64,000 nucleotides of DNA from Amoebophrya sp. A120 (taxonomy: Eukaryota; Protista; Dinoflagellata): NCBI GenBank assembly GCA_905178155.1, contig CAJINV010000004.1, positions 9,873,570 to 9,937,569 on the forward strand, read 5' to 3'. Within the stretch, counting starts at the first letter, position 1, and the number at the start of each line of letters is the position of its first letter. Below the pieces are notes generated by a model. The model searched no databases. It saw nothing but the letters and a program-made list of their open reading frames with translations, and had not been told where the DNA came from. Positions 25,301-35,906 of this stretch are shown here, piece after piece. The position numbers were made by a program, and so were the translations under genes.

Positions 25301-28300
25301 GGCCCCCCCGTCTTGGCGCGGGGCATGGGCGCGACGGTGTTCGGTCCGCCAAAAACCTCCTCCCTCGCAACCACCTACCACCTGACCGCGCCCCCCGCGG
25401 TCGGCGCGGAGGGGAAGGGGGAAGACCGGCCAGGAATGATCGCGCTCTGGAGCTTCCCCGGGTTTCTGGATTTGTACAAAACAAGAATGCGAAGCCGACA
25501 GGCGTCGTCCTTGTCGGAACGCGGCGTCGGGTCCTCACCGAGTAGAAGCAACTCGCTGCTCGCAAATCTGACCGGAGGTGGAGGCGGCAATACGCCCGGA
25601 GGATCTACTGCTTCGCCCTCGAAAAACAGTCCGGTGAAGCGAGGCAGCGCAGCGACAGTGCAGTCTTCGCCCTCTCCCAGCGCGAATAAGGGCCGAGGGG
25701 GAACAGCAGCTTCCCCAGCAAGTAGACCACCCACCGCTCCTGTGGTTGCCCTGAGCAGGCCAAAGAAGCCGAAAGTGCCCTTCAAGGTGCCACCGGAAAT
25801 GTCAGGGTCATCTTCCAATGCCAACAATGACAATGACAACAATAACGGCAAAAAATCTTCCTCGAAGGCTACGAAAAGTGCGAAAAAAGAGAAAAATCCG
25901 CCGTTTGTCGTGCAACACTGCATGAATGTGTACGGATTGTGCCTGCAGGCCGTGGAGATAGTCGGGAAAAGACGGTATCCAAGAAAAAAACGTTGTTAGT
26001 GTAAATTTGTGATGCTCAACAACATGCAAGATGATTGCGTCTGTCATGCTTAGCATGCGTCGCAGGGTCCATTAAAGGGCGCTTTCACGTACTATCTGCG
26101 CGTGACAGGTTTTTGCTGTCATGCCAGACAAATTTGTAAATGCTGTTCCTCCAAAAAAGTTACACCTACAATGTTTTTTTCTTGGATAGACGGAGAGATT
26201 TGGACACGAGAAACTGGAACGACATGTTTCAGTCGAAATCGGACGGCACGGTGTACGCGCTCCGGGGAGAAGGTACTGTAATAATAATATCGTGCGGACT
26301 GCTGCGTGGATGAACTACATCGCATTTCTTTGGTCTTATAGTTCGTTGCTTCATCATCTGCATGGTGACTCGTTTTTGCATGGTAGGTATTCCTGCAACT
26401 ACATGTACAGGCAGCGATAAGCAACAACTGTATGCAAAAATACATCGAAGTGAAGCTGAAGTCGAAACCTTGATCAACACAGGCCCAAGTTCGTCCCTGA
26501 TGCAGTTGAGTTCGGAGGACGGAGTTTTCCTCCCCTTGACCTACAACGAGCAAGTGTGTGGTCCCTGGAGCCGAGCGAAAAACCAGCTGGTAACCGACAT
26601 TTGCGGCGATCTGTTCGTGACCAAACGCATTCCCCAGCGCACCGCGACCGCAAAACCCTTGCAGGGGTTGTACAAGTGGGGGTTGTTCGTGAGCACGAGC
26701 CAAGCCAAAACGCAGGACAACACGTTCGAGGATTTGGGCCCGGTTTCGCTTGATTTCGACGAGCAGACGGGGGAAGCAATTGCGGTAGCGAACGGGATAT
26801 CCTGTGCAAAAGTATCGTACGCGTATTGCAATCATGCATTGCAAATCTTTCTTGTAAGGTAAATCAGCATTGCAAATTTTATCTCTCATGCTGAGGAAAT
26901 TTGTAATGCATTTTGATTTTCGTTTATACGAGTACGATACTTTTGCAATTCATACGGGAGCACGCCCGCGTTCGGCAACTTCGGACCCAAATTTCCGAAC
27001 GGGGAGCCGGAGCTTATGGCATTCTCAAACGTTACATTCTCAACTGTTACATGAATTTGTCATGCAAAAGTACCTTGAGCCGGCAGATGATCGAGCTGCT
27101 TCGCATGACAAATTTCGGAAGGGCTAGACAGCATCTAAATGTGCGCCAAACTTGTAATGCAAAAGGCGCAATCTTCCTCCTTTCACTTTTGCCAGTCTTG
27201 CATTACAAATTCATGTAACAGTTGAGAATGTAACATTTGAGAACTCCATAGAGCTGCTGCTGCAGTGGGATCCCCAGACGGAGAGGGTGCTGCCCATCGG
27301 CTATCAAAATGAAAAATCCCCCCACCCCATATCAAAACGGAAATTTGTGATGCTGATTTGGGGCCACAAATCAGCTTTGTATTGCAGAAAGGCATTGCGG
27401 CCAGATCCCCAGGCTAGGTAGAGGCGCATGTGTCTAGCTGTTCAGCATGGCAAACGCTTCCCCTTTAGGCCCAACAGCATGACAAATCGCTTCCATAATG
27501 GAACGGAAGCTTCTGCCCTTGTCTTCTTGCAAGACAGATGTGATTTGTGACCTCAAATCCGCAACACAAATTTTTCTAAACTTGCCTTTTCAATATGGGG
27601 AGGGGGGATTTTTCCTCTCAATATCGGCGGCTGGCGTGGCTATTTCGCCGTGGAGCACACGGCGAGCCAATTTCTGACCGTGATCAGCGTGAAGGACGTC
27701 AAGTCGGTGCAGCAGTACCGTGCGCAGGGCGACCCTATTAAGTTGAATCCCGTCATGAAACGCATCGCGCCCCTGCGCCAAATCCGGCAATTTTCCTGCG
27801 GACTGGAGTTCGCGGCCTGGCTGGAGGGGGAAAACACCGTGCGGCTGCTTGGCTGCAACGATTTCGGGCAGTGCGGCATCAATCCGGAGCTGGACCACGC
27901 GCACTACATGCACGAACCCCAGTTTCTACCCTTCACGGAGGAAAAGTATGAGTGCTGAGTTTTGTGCTTTATTGACAACCGCAGGACATGGCAGATCGTA
28001 CTCGTAGAAAAAACATGTTGAAAGATAGAGATAAACGAAGAAATGTTGCGCGTATTGATGATGCGATCGAGGACAACTACGTAAACCACACACAGCCCGC
28101 CACCCAGATCCATCGCCCAGCTGGAGGTCGGCGCCGAGTTCGGCATGATTCTCGCCGCCGGCAGCCACAGCGTGTTCACCTGGGGCCGCGGGGAGGTGGG
28201 CCAGCTGGGCAACGGCACCTTCAGCGCCAGTCACGTCGCCGTGGAGATCACGCGGAAGGTGTTGGACCGGCCTTCCTACGAGTCCCAGGTCGCGGACTAC

Positions 28301-28720
28301 CTGGCGTCCGCGGTCAACTCCGCGCAGGAAAGAAGCTTGCTGGCGGGGGGCGACAACGAGGACCAAAACAAGAACGATAATGGTACTAAACCTGCCGCCG
28401 CCTCCCCCTCCCCCTCCTCAGCGAACCTGCTGACCTCTTCCTACGCCGACTCCGCGGTTTCGATCCACGTGGGCGCGCATACGGTGCTGCTCCGCGCGCC
28501 CGAGGTGTGGGCCGTGTGGGGTCGCGTGTGCGAGTTCGACATGAGCATCCCGTTTTTGATGCCGGCGGTCGAGGTGGTCTCGGCCTTGCTGGACTTCAAG
28601 GGCTTCTACCGGGATTCTCCGTACGATTCCACCGTGGTAATACCGCCTGGGGCGTCCTGCACAGAGTTGCTGGTCAACGACCAAGGGATCGTGGTCAAGC
28701 GCACCTGTGTGCTGAAGTGA
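22395..28720 (+). CDS. Large protein with an N-terminal EF-hand and C-terminal RCC1-like repeats; 10 exons
   Basis: EF loop DYDGNEYIDADEL. RCC1-like motifs LGCNDFGQCG and VFTWGRGEVGQLGNG. Exons 22395-23568,23719-23767,24032-24371,24533-25975,26194-26272,26483-26797,26960-27014,27256-27301,27629-27945,28096-28720. Seven introners and 2 GT-AG introns (26273-26482 with uncertain acceptor; 27946-28095). Confidence 0.8.
23569..23713. mobile_element. Introner family B (145 nt), opposite orientation to 6217
   Basis: Ends in cttttgcacaggata, the reverse complement of the 6217 start; direct repeat ctttc. Confidence 0.92.
23768..24026. mobile_element. Introner family F (259 nt), related to family I
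   Basis: TIR tataacctgctc / gagcaagtcata; internal ctcaaacgttac; direct repeat caatt. Confidence 0.88.
24372..24527. mobile_element. Introner family G (156 nt)
   Basis: TIR tatccacagtaaatttcccgtaca / tgtacgggaaatttgtattgcata; direct repeat cgcag. Confidence 0.92.
25976..26188. mobile_element. Introner family H (213 nt)
   Basis: TIR tatccaagaaaaaaacgttgt / acaatgtttttttcttggata; direct repeat gacgg. Confidence 0.92.
26798..26954. mobile_element. Introner family B (157 nt)
   Basis: Family B TIRs; direct repeat cggga. Confidence 0.93.
27015..27250. mobile_element. Introner family I (236 nt)
   Basis: About 50-nt TIR tatggcattctcaaacgttacattctcaactgttacatgaatttgt; direct repeat gagct. Confidence 0.93.
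27302..27623. mobile_element. Introner family C (322 nt)
   Basis: Same TIRs as 4531-4845; direct repeat tcggc. Confidence 0.92.
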
Positions 28721-29301
28721 TATTAGTAATCGGCAGCAAGCGGACGGTAATATCGATGCTGGGTCCGGTCGGGCGACGGTCATCTTCTCCGGTCGTCCCT
28801 GCCTCCAGTGCACTGGTTGCAGCTCCTTCGTGTATCGTCCTCGGGTTTGTCTTTTGATCGCTAAGAGATCAAGAACTACTTAAAACTGAAATGAACAAAA
28901 GTAGCTTCTCTATGAAAAAATGAGGATGCCAGAGAGAGAGATAGAAGAAGATCTTTGTGTTGCTACAACAAAATGAACTAGACCACGAGGTCTTGTCTAA
29001 AATAAACGCCGCTTCGTCCGCTGGTGTTGAGCTTCAAACCAAGACGTAGCATAGAAGAGTTCCTTTTGCGATGGCAGCCTGCTGTGCAGTTCTCAGTGTC
29101 AGTAGATCTTCATGGTGCGCATAATGTGCATCAGCCTCTTATGCAAAATCGTCGCATGATGCGGAGGGCGAGGGAAGTGGTATCGGTCTCACCTGACCAC
29201 GTCTAACGAGAATCCATGATGAAACTGCCTGTGACAGGGGAGATTTACGTCGACGATAGAAAAACAAAAGTTTCTATCTACCTACGTACGACTAAATCAA
29301 G

Positions 29302-31142
29302 ATGTACCGTTCCGCGGCGTCTAAGTACGAAAACCGCGTGGTCTATCCAGGAAAAAACACCCACCCCCATCCAATTTGTCATGCAAAAAATGCATAAACT
29401 CCAGTGTTTGCGATGCAAAAAATGGATGGGGATGGGTGTTTTTTCCTGGATATGGTCGCGATGCACGAAGATTCCACCGCTGGTGAAGACCACCACAACA
29501 ACTACGATAACAACAGCATGAGAAATAGCACCTCAACACCCAGGCCCCCCTTCGATTTCGAGAAGGCCAACGCGGTGATTCGGGCTTTTCTGCAGCGGCA
29601 TCCGAAAATTCTCGGGCAGCCCGGGCCGGACCCGGACCACGAGAAGTGGAAAAAGCAAAAGCTGCACAAGGACCCAATGAATGACCTCCACAGAAAGCCC
29701 ATATCCACAGTAAATTTCCCGTACACGTACAAATGCGGTCTCTGCATGACAAAACTTGGCTTCGATCCTAGTTTAGCGATGACAAGTTATTTTACGCTCC
29801 TAATATGGTGAAATTTGTGATGCCTCTTGTACGTGTACGGGGAATTTGTATTGCATAGCCCACACACGTGCCCTACTACCCGCTAGTTAGTGCCAACACT
29901 GCCTACGAGGACGCTGGCACGTCGAACGGACTGATTATGCAGGTTATGAAAGTGAACAACTCCCCCTCCCCCTCATTTGTGTTGCATGAACAGCAAGACA
30001 ATCACCAGCACACGTGGAGCCAATGCATGACAAATTTGTGTGCCTAATATAGTACTGTTTGGCCTTCCGGAGTTTGTCATGCAAACAGTGCTACAAGGCA
30101 GCGACTGGATTTGGTTTTGCATGACAAATGAGGGGAGGGGGAGTTGTGCACTGTCATACAGGTGGAGATGCACGCACAAGTGGCGACGGTGCTTGCCGCC
30201 TTCGTCTTCGCCGCGCTGATTGCGGAGTCTCCCTCCCAGCTTTACGAGGGGTCCGCGACGCCGACGCTCAAGTGCGAACTGTTTCGCGTGTCCGAGCTGG
30301 CGATGAGCATCGTGGACCAGGTGCGGGTCTTTTTCATCGGTTGGATCCTCTGCTCCTTCATCGTCCTCTTGCTCTGCTTCCTCGGCCTGCAGGAGTACCT
30401 GACAACCCGCGCCGGGCGGAAATATTTCCGGGTTTGGTGCCCAACATTGAACAGCCAGTGTCTGTGGTATCCACCTGTGGTGCTGCAAAAGTATCGCAAT
30501 CGTACTTCGACTTCTTCCTTGCGTCCAATTCGATACAGCATCAACAGCATTACAAGTCGCACCCTTCTACGTGTAGCTGAAGCTGCAGCAGGACAAGCTG
30601 CATTCTTTGTCGTTCGCCAAGAAGAAGAGCATCAACATTGAAATGAAATATACGCAATTCAGTCCGCACGCTCGCAGTGCGTTGCAGTTTTTACTTTTGC
30701 CCCGACGCAGCTGCATATCTGGATGGTAAACACCATTCTCGTGTTTCTCCTCGTCGTCCCCTTGTATGTCGTCAAATACTTCGGGTTTTCGGTGATCTTT
30801 TTCCTCACCTGTGCGATATCCTTCTACTGGATCGCCACCCTGTTTAAGCACTTCGAGGCCTACACGGATCTGGCCAGCTTGTTGAACAACATCGAACTTG
30901 GCGTGGACTCGTCCGACCCGGAGAGTTCTTACCGCCCGGACGGCTGGTCGCACTCCGCGATGGCACGGCACGTTTTCACCAAGAGGTTTCAGGACCGGCG
31001 AAAGGCACAGCAACACGACGCGGCGTGGTGGGAAAAGCATGGATGGGACGACGACGTGTGCGATAAGGATAACATTGTGACGTTCTTTGACGCTAGAGAC
31101 GGACATGATCATGAACCAGGAGACATGGCGAGAGGGGAGTGA
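29302..31142 (+). CDS. Multi-pass membrane protein of unknown function; 5 exons
   Basis: Exons 29302-29343,29458-29701,29863-29944,30164-30467,30723-31142 join in frame after removing 4 introners. About 4 hydrophobic helices (VATVLAAFVFAALI; VFFIGWILCSFIVLLLCFLG; MVNTILVFLLVVPLYVV; FSVIFFLTCAISFYW). Confidence 0.78.
29344..29452. mobile_element. Introner family J (109 nt, the smallest)
   Basis: TIR tatccaggaaaaaacacccacccccatcca / tggatggggatgggtgttttttcctggata; direct repeat tggtc. Confidence 0.92.
29702..29857. mobile_element. Introner family G (156 nt)
   Basis: Homologous to 24372-24527; direct repeat gccca. Confidence 0.92.
29945..30158. mobile_element. Introner family K (214 nt)
   Basis: TIR tatgaaagtgaacaactccccctcccc / ggggagggggagttgtgcactgtcata; direct repeat caggt. 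Confidence 0.92.
30468..30717. mobile_element. Degenerate B-like introner (250 nt)
   Basis: tatccacctg..gcaaaagta / tacttttgc..cagctgcata; flanks tgtgg/tctgg; joins CLW|MVNT. Confidence 0.75.
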
Positions 31143-32766
31143 TAGATAGAACAGCTACACGACCGAGAAGCGGGTGGTAACGTACTAAAGCAATTCTGCA
31201 GCTGCGCCTCTGGCGAGGAACTCGTGTCTACATGCTTCCTTTTGCTTTCCCTTTCACGAGGACCAGGGTTGTTTTCTGGATGCGAGTGCGATCTGCAGCT
31301 CACGTCTAGCAGAAACGACATCAACATTCAAATTTACTAGACACAGAAAAAGAACATAAAAAGGAAGTTTCAAAAACAGTGAACGAATGTGCTACAGCTG
31401 CAAAGCGACTACTGCCACTGCTCCTAAACTTCTCCATTCCGATGTTCACTGTCCAAAAGCCTTTTGGTACACAAGACGCTGGCCGCCAAGAAGATACATA
31501 TTGCGGCCAGGGAAACTCGTAGCTTGTCCGTCTTGTTTGTACTTGTTGTCTTCGCGCCAAGACCGCGGCGCAGCAAAAGGTCCTTGAATCTCGTTCATAT
31601 TCTTCGTCATGACCACACAAAATCCAGATCCTTGAACAATGATCCATGCAAAAAAAAAAGATGATGTTGGAATATTGGATAGTCAAAATGCCACCCGACA
31701 AGATGATTTCGACCACCTCCTCCTGCTGCCCGTTGCTTTTTATCTCTCCGCTGCTGGTTCATCCTTACCCAAAGAAAGGAACCGTGGGAAACGACGCAGA
31801 GGATACCTTAGGCCCAAGCAAACGTGTTGGTTTCCCCTGCAGTATGGTTCAGTGGCAACACGAGAACTTCGAAGGTTTGAAGCAATTGTTGCACCAGCGG
31901 ACGCGACCCTGACCCAATAGTGGTCATGTTACCGCTGCAAGTACAACAAAAGTCACAGGCTCCTTCAGCTGGTGCTTCTGAAGATGAGCAAAATGAAAAT
32001 CAAACCCAACCTCCTTCACCGGGGGAAGAGGTGCGCGGACGTGGACGCGCGCGAACATCCAAGGGGTTTTCAAGGCGAAAATGCGAAACGATTTGTGGTC
32101 GCAAGACCGACAGCTGTACGCCTTCTCGCAGCACGCGCCGCGGGCGCACCAGATCTATTCTGGGCAAAAGTGTTCATCCTCTCGTTGGAAAGTGCGGTTG
32201 ATCTGCCGTGACTCACACCGTTTCTTCAGTAACAGCTTTATTGCATGAACATGGTCGAGTGCTACAGCATAAGTATATGCATTTTACATCTTACTTGAAG
32301 TTCAAGCTGTCGCCATCCTACTATCGCAAGATTGGGGGCTTTTGCAAGGCATAACTTCGAGATCCTCTTGTTCCGGTGTTGTACGTTCGGGAACGGTTTC
32401 TGGGTTATCCGGGCGCAAAGCATTCTCTATTTCCTTAGAATCAGGGTCAGGACCGAAATTGTGTTGCGACCACGGAAGTAGAAGCAAGATGATGAATAAT
32501 TGCAGTTCACATAATTTTGATTTTCGACTTCGTATCTCGCGTACAGTGTTCTCGTCACGAAGCATGTAAACTGAGGAGTTTTCATTCTGAAATGCCAGAC
32601 CCTGAAACTGAGGAACAAAAAACATTAATGAACTTCAAGTGCATATTATTGCAGCTCTTCATCGGGCAGCAGCACTTCTAGTGGCACCGCTGGCTTGTGG
32701 TCTTGGATTTCCAGAACCAGCAAGCCGCTTTTCGTGATCTTCTCGCAGGCAAGGCGGTGCGTTTTG

Positions 32767-35691
32767 ATGTTTCGGTCTGCCGAAGGCGCCGCTTTCCTTT
32801 CGGTGCTTCTAGTTGGTACCTTCGCGGCGTGGGCAGCGACGGCGTCTGGAGATGACCGAGAAGGTGTCGGCGTTCATCCGGGGTCGGGTCATCAATCGGA
32901 CGCAGCGCAGCCTGTCAGCACGGCGGCATCCACAGCTCACGGTGAAGAAACTGACGCTGACAGTCCGCACCAGCAGCCGGTTAGTGAACAAGTAATGGGT
33001 GGCTCCGCAAGAAAAGATCACGATACTGAACTTCAAGGCGAAAAACATCAGCATTCTCCGAGCTCGGCGTCCGCGACCGCAGCCGCGAACTGGAAAACAC
33101 CTCCGGAAACGTCATCTGTTGCTTCCACTACGGCTGTGCAGATAAAACGCGTAGCACGAGGTCAAGAGGATCAGCACCAAAGCCAGGCACAGGCTGTTGA
33201 CGATTCGCATGATGAACAACTTCTGCACGCTGGAGAATTCCAAGGACCAAGCGAAGCAAGAATTGCTTCGCTGGAAGTCGGGCGCCAAAGAGCAACAACA
33301 GCGGAAGACGAAGAAACGCAGCCCCAGCCGCTGCCGCCCAGCACAACCAGTATCGGCAATGTACGCCTCAATTTGATTGATCAATACCAAGCGAACAGCC
33401 AGATTGACGAATCTCAACTACCTAGTGGAACCGAGATGTTGAATCGTCCAGCAAGAATAACGGCGGACGGCGTGGAAGGTGGAGCTGCAAGTCGAACTCA
33501 GTCGCAGCGACGCGACACTAATAATGCGAAGACGTCGTCTGTTACGGCGACTGCCTCAGCTTCCCCGACGAATGAAGAAGATGAAGCGACTGCGAACTTA
33601 AGCAAAGACGAGCCCGCGTCCCCAGGCGTGAAGCGCACCGCACAGCAAGAAGACGTCAAAATGGTCAGCGCCGAAGCAAAGCAAGGAACGGGTCCTGAAG
33701 CTTTCCCAGGAAAGGGTGAGAATGAAGACCATCATGCTAACGTTGCTGAAGATCATGATGTTCCGATTTCTTCCGGTGACCGCCGTGCAGTAAGTACAAT
33801 ACCGCCTGAGAATAAAAGCCGGGCTCGTCAAAAATCCGCAAGAAGCGCGGAACTAAGTGATCCAGGAGCTGGAGGTGCGCCCGCAAATCAGGAGGCACGC
33901 AACACCTTCTCATTACAACCGAGCCGGCCACCGGCACCGAACACTCCGGACAGGCACAAGGGCCAAAAAAGTGCTGGGCAGCTGCAGTTGACGAGCAATC
34001 CCGGCGATGACTCCTTGTCGCTCTCGCTTGTGCAAGCAGATGCTAACACCGACACCAAGGACGATGTCGCGGCGCCTGTCACGATCCCACAATATGAGAA
34101 ATATATCCTGGATCAAGGATCATTAAGTGACTTCGAGATAGCTCGATCAGTCTCGCGCATCTTAGCTCCGAAATCCGATACCGACCGAAATGCGGTTTCT
34201 TCGAAGAACATCGCAACGCCGAAGGTGAAAATCGGCAACGAGGCGAAGGCCAAAGCAAGTGCTGCAAGGATGCAGTTGCGCAAGGGGCAGCTGGGGAGAT
34301 TCGTCGATGAGTGGGTTTTAGGACGGTATTGGTTTTTTGTGCATCTTGTTCTCTCGCGGGACACACAAGAAAAAATCTCGCGCTTGGGCCGGAATAACTT
34401 CGCAATGCCGCTGATGCCCACTACCTTTTTGCCGGATCGACCCATTCCTAGCAACTACGGCAACTATTTTCTTATCTCGATGAAAGAAATCAAGGATGAC
34501 GATGAGGACAAGCAAATCGCCTCAACCGCAACAACATCAGCGAAACCTCCTCTCTCGCAGTGGAACATAGACTTGGACAACCCCTGGGAGTGCATAATCA
34601 AGCATCTCTACGACGGACGCGTCATCTGGCCGCCGGTACTAGATTACGCGACCACCGATGATGAGTTAGACAATAGCGCCTACGGCGGAGGCGAATTGAC
34701 TTGGAAGCAAGGAACCGAACTCGCTGCGCTGCGACCTAAGCTGTGGACGTATAATCCGTCGCAGTTAGGTGAGTACGCAGAAAAGCCGTGGTCGTTCCAG
34801 CGCGATATCACCTCTCTCTTCGTAAAGAAATGGCAACAACTGCATGAGATGTTGCCGTTGACGAAGTGGGCCCTAAAGAATTCCGCAAGTGTAGATGCGG
34901 GTCGGAAACAAGAAGAACAACATCGGCAATTGCAAGCAAAATCCATGGAAAAGTGGACGGAAGATGACCAACTCGACCGACAAAAGCAGGAACTTGTTGT
35001 TGCTCTTCAGTGTCGAACGAAGCTCCGGCTTCAACTCGAGAAACAAATACTCCGCCGCTTGACAGGTTTATCTTCCGAACCGATCGAGCCGCTTGGGTTT
35101 CTCAAAGACGCATCAGACCAGAAAAAACTACATGACGCATTGGGCAGTTACGTAGAACATGTGGACGAAAAGCGTGTCCGTTCCCAGGTAAATGCACGAC
35201 TACACGAGACGTTGGACAACTTCATGAAGAAAAAAGGAATTTTCGTAGCGAAGGAGCCGGACTATACTAGCTCGTCGTTGTTCTGCTGCGGCGCGAGAAA
35301 AGAAAATTATGATTATACTTACCCTTTCATCTACCGCCTTCACGAACAAGAGTCCAGTGATGCAGCAGATGCCGCCGCAACTACTGATGGCGCCCATGCT
35401 TCAGGCGACGGCCAATCCGGTAATGCAGAGCCACTTGGTTTGAAAGAAAACCAAGAGCGCTTCAAGGAAGAGCTACGGAGGCGGAACGCCCTCTTGGACA
35501 AGCTCGCCACAGACGTGGGAAGTACCAGCACGAGCGAGAATGGTGGGCAAGTGCGTGGAGGAGGACAGGAGACGTCGCCACGGGACCAGCTTGAACTCAT
35601 CCAGGCGTTTTTGGTCAAGGTTACCGTTAAACGTACCGAAAGTCGACCCCCAAACCCGCCACAGGTACAGGCGCAAACGACATGGAAGTAA
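32767..35691 (+). CDS. Intronless hypothetical protein with a signal-peptide-like N-terminus
   Basis: Uninterrupted ORF of about 970 aa; MFRSAEGAAFLSVLLVGTFAAWAATA is hydrophobic. No family recognised. Confidence 0.72.
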   Translation: MFRSAEGAAFLSVLLVGTFAAWAATASGDDREGVGVHPGSGHQSDAAQPVSTAASTAHGEETDADSPHQQPVSEQVMGGSARKDHDTELQGEKHQHSPSSASATAAANWKTPPETSSVASTTAVQIKRVARGQEDQHQSQAQAVDDSHDEQLLHAGEFQGPSEARIASLEVGRQRATTAEDEETQPQPLPPSTTSIGNVRLNLIDQYQANSQIDESQLPSGTEMLNRPARITADGVEGGAASRTQSQRRDTNNAKTSSVTATASASPTNEEDEATANLSKDEPASPGVKRTAQQEDVKMVSAEAKQGTGPEAFPGKGENEDHHANVAEDHDVPISSGDRRAVSTIPPENKSRARQKSARSAELSDPGAGGAPANQEARNTFSLQPSRPPAPNTPDRHKGQKSAGQLQLTSNPGDDSLSLSLVQADANTDTKDDVAAPVTIPQYEKYILDQGSLSDFEIARSVSRILAPKSDTDRNAVSSKNIATPKVKIGNEAKAKASAARMQLRKGQLGRFVDEWVLGRYWFFVHLVLSRDTQEKISRLGRNNFAMPLMPTTFLPDRPIPSNYGNYFLISMKEIKDDDEDKQIASTATTSAKPPLSQWNIDLDNPWECIIKHLYDGRVIWPPVLDYATTDDELDNSAYGGGELTWKQGTELAALRPKLWTYNPSQLGEYAEKPWSFQRDITSLFVKKWQQLHEMLPLTKWALKNSASVDAGRKQEEQHRQLQAKSMEKWTEDDQLDRQKQELVVALQCRTKLRLQLEKQILRRLTGLSSEPIEPLGFLKDASDQKKLHDALGSYVEHVDEKRVRSQVNARLHETLDNFMKKKGIFVAKEPDYTSSSLFCCGARKENYDYTYPFIYRLHEQESSDAADAAATTDGAHASGDGQSGNAEPLGLKENQERFKEELRRRNALLDKLATDVGSTSTSENGGQVRGGGQETSPRDQLELIQAFLVKVTVKRTESRPPNPPQVQAQTTWK

Positions 35692-35876
35692 AAAAAACGC
35701 AACGATTTTTGAAAATGAAGTCGCTTCGCCGGATCTTCTTCTGCTTCTTTATTGCGTTCCGAGATATAGCATTAAAGCATTAGAGGCTGAACTTGGATTG
35801 CCATTGCGCACGCTATGTATGCAGTAAGTGCTCGGCCACTAGGCCATCCACGGACAGCGCCAAAAGTTTAACCTCC

Positions 35877-35906
35877 TTCCAGACCCAGATATATTGGCAT
35901 TTGATA
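35877..35906. mobile_element. Solo right-hand TIR of introner family A, intergenic
   Basis: ttccagacccagatatattggcatttgata with no recognisable partner TIR. Confidence 0.75.

Noticed and set aside
1138-31142. Fragmented ORFs interpreted as pseudogenes
   Set aside because: Every break is explained by a precise removable element, and catalytic or conserved motifs are intact after joining.
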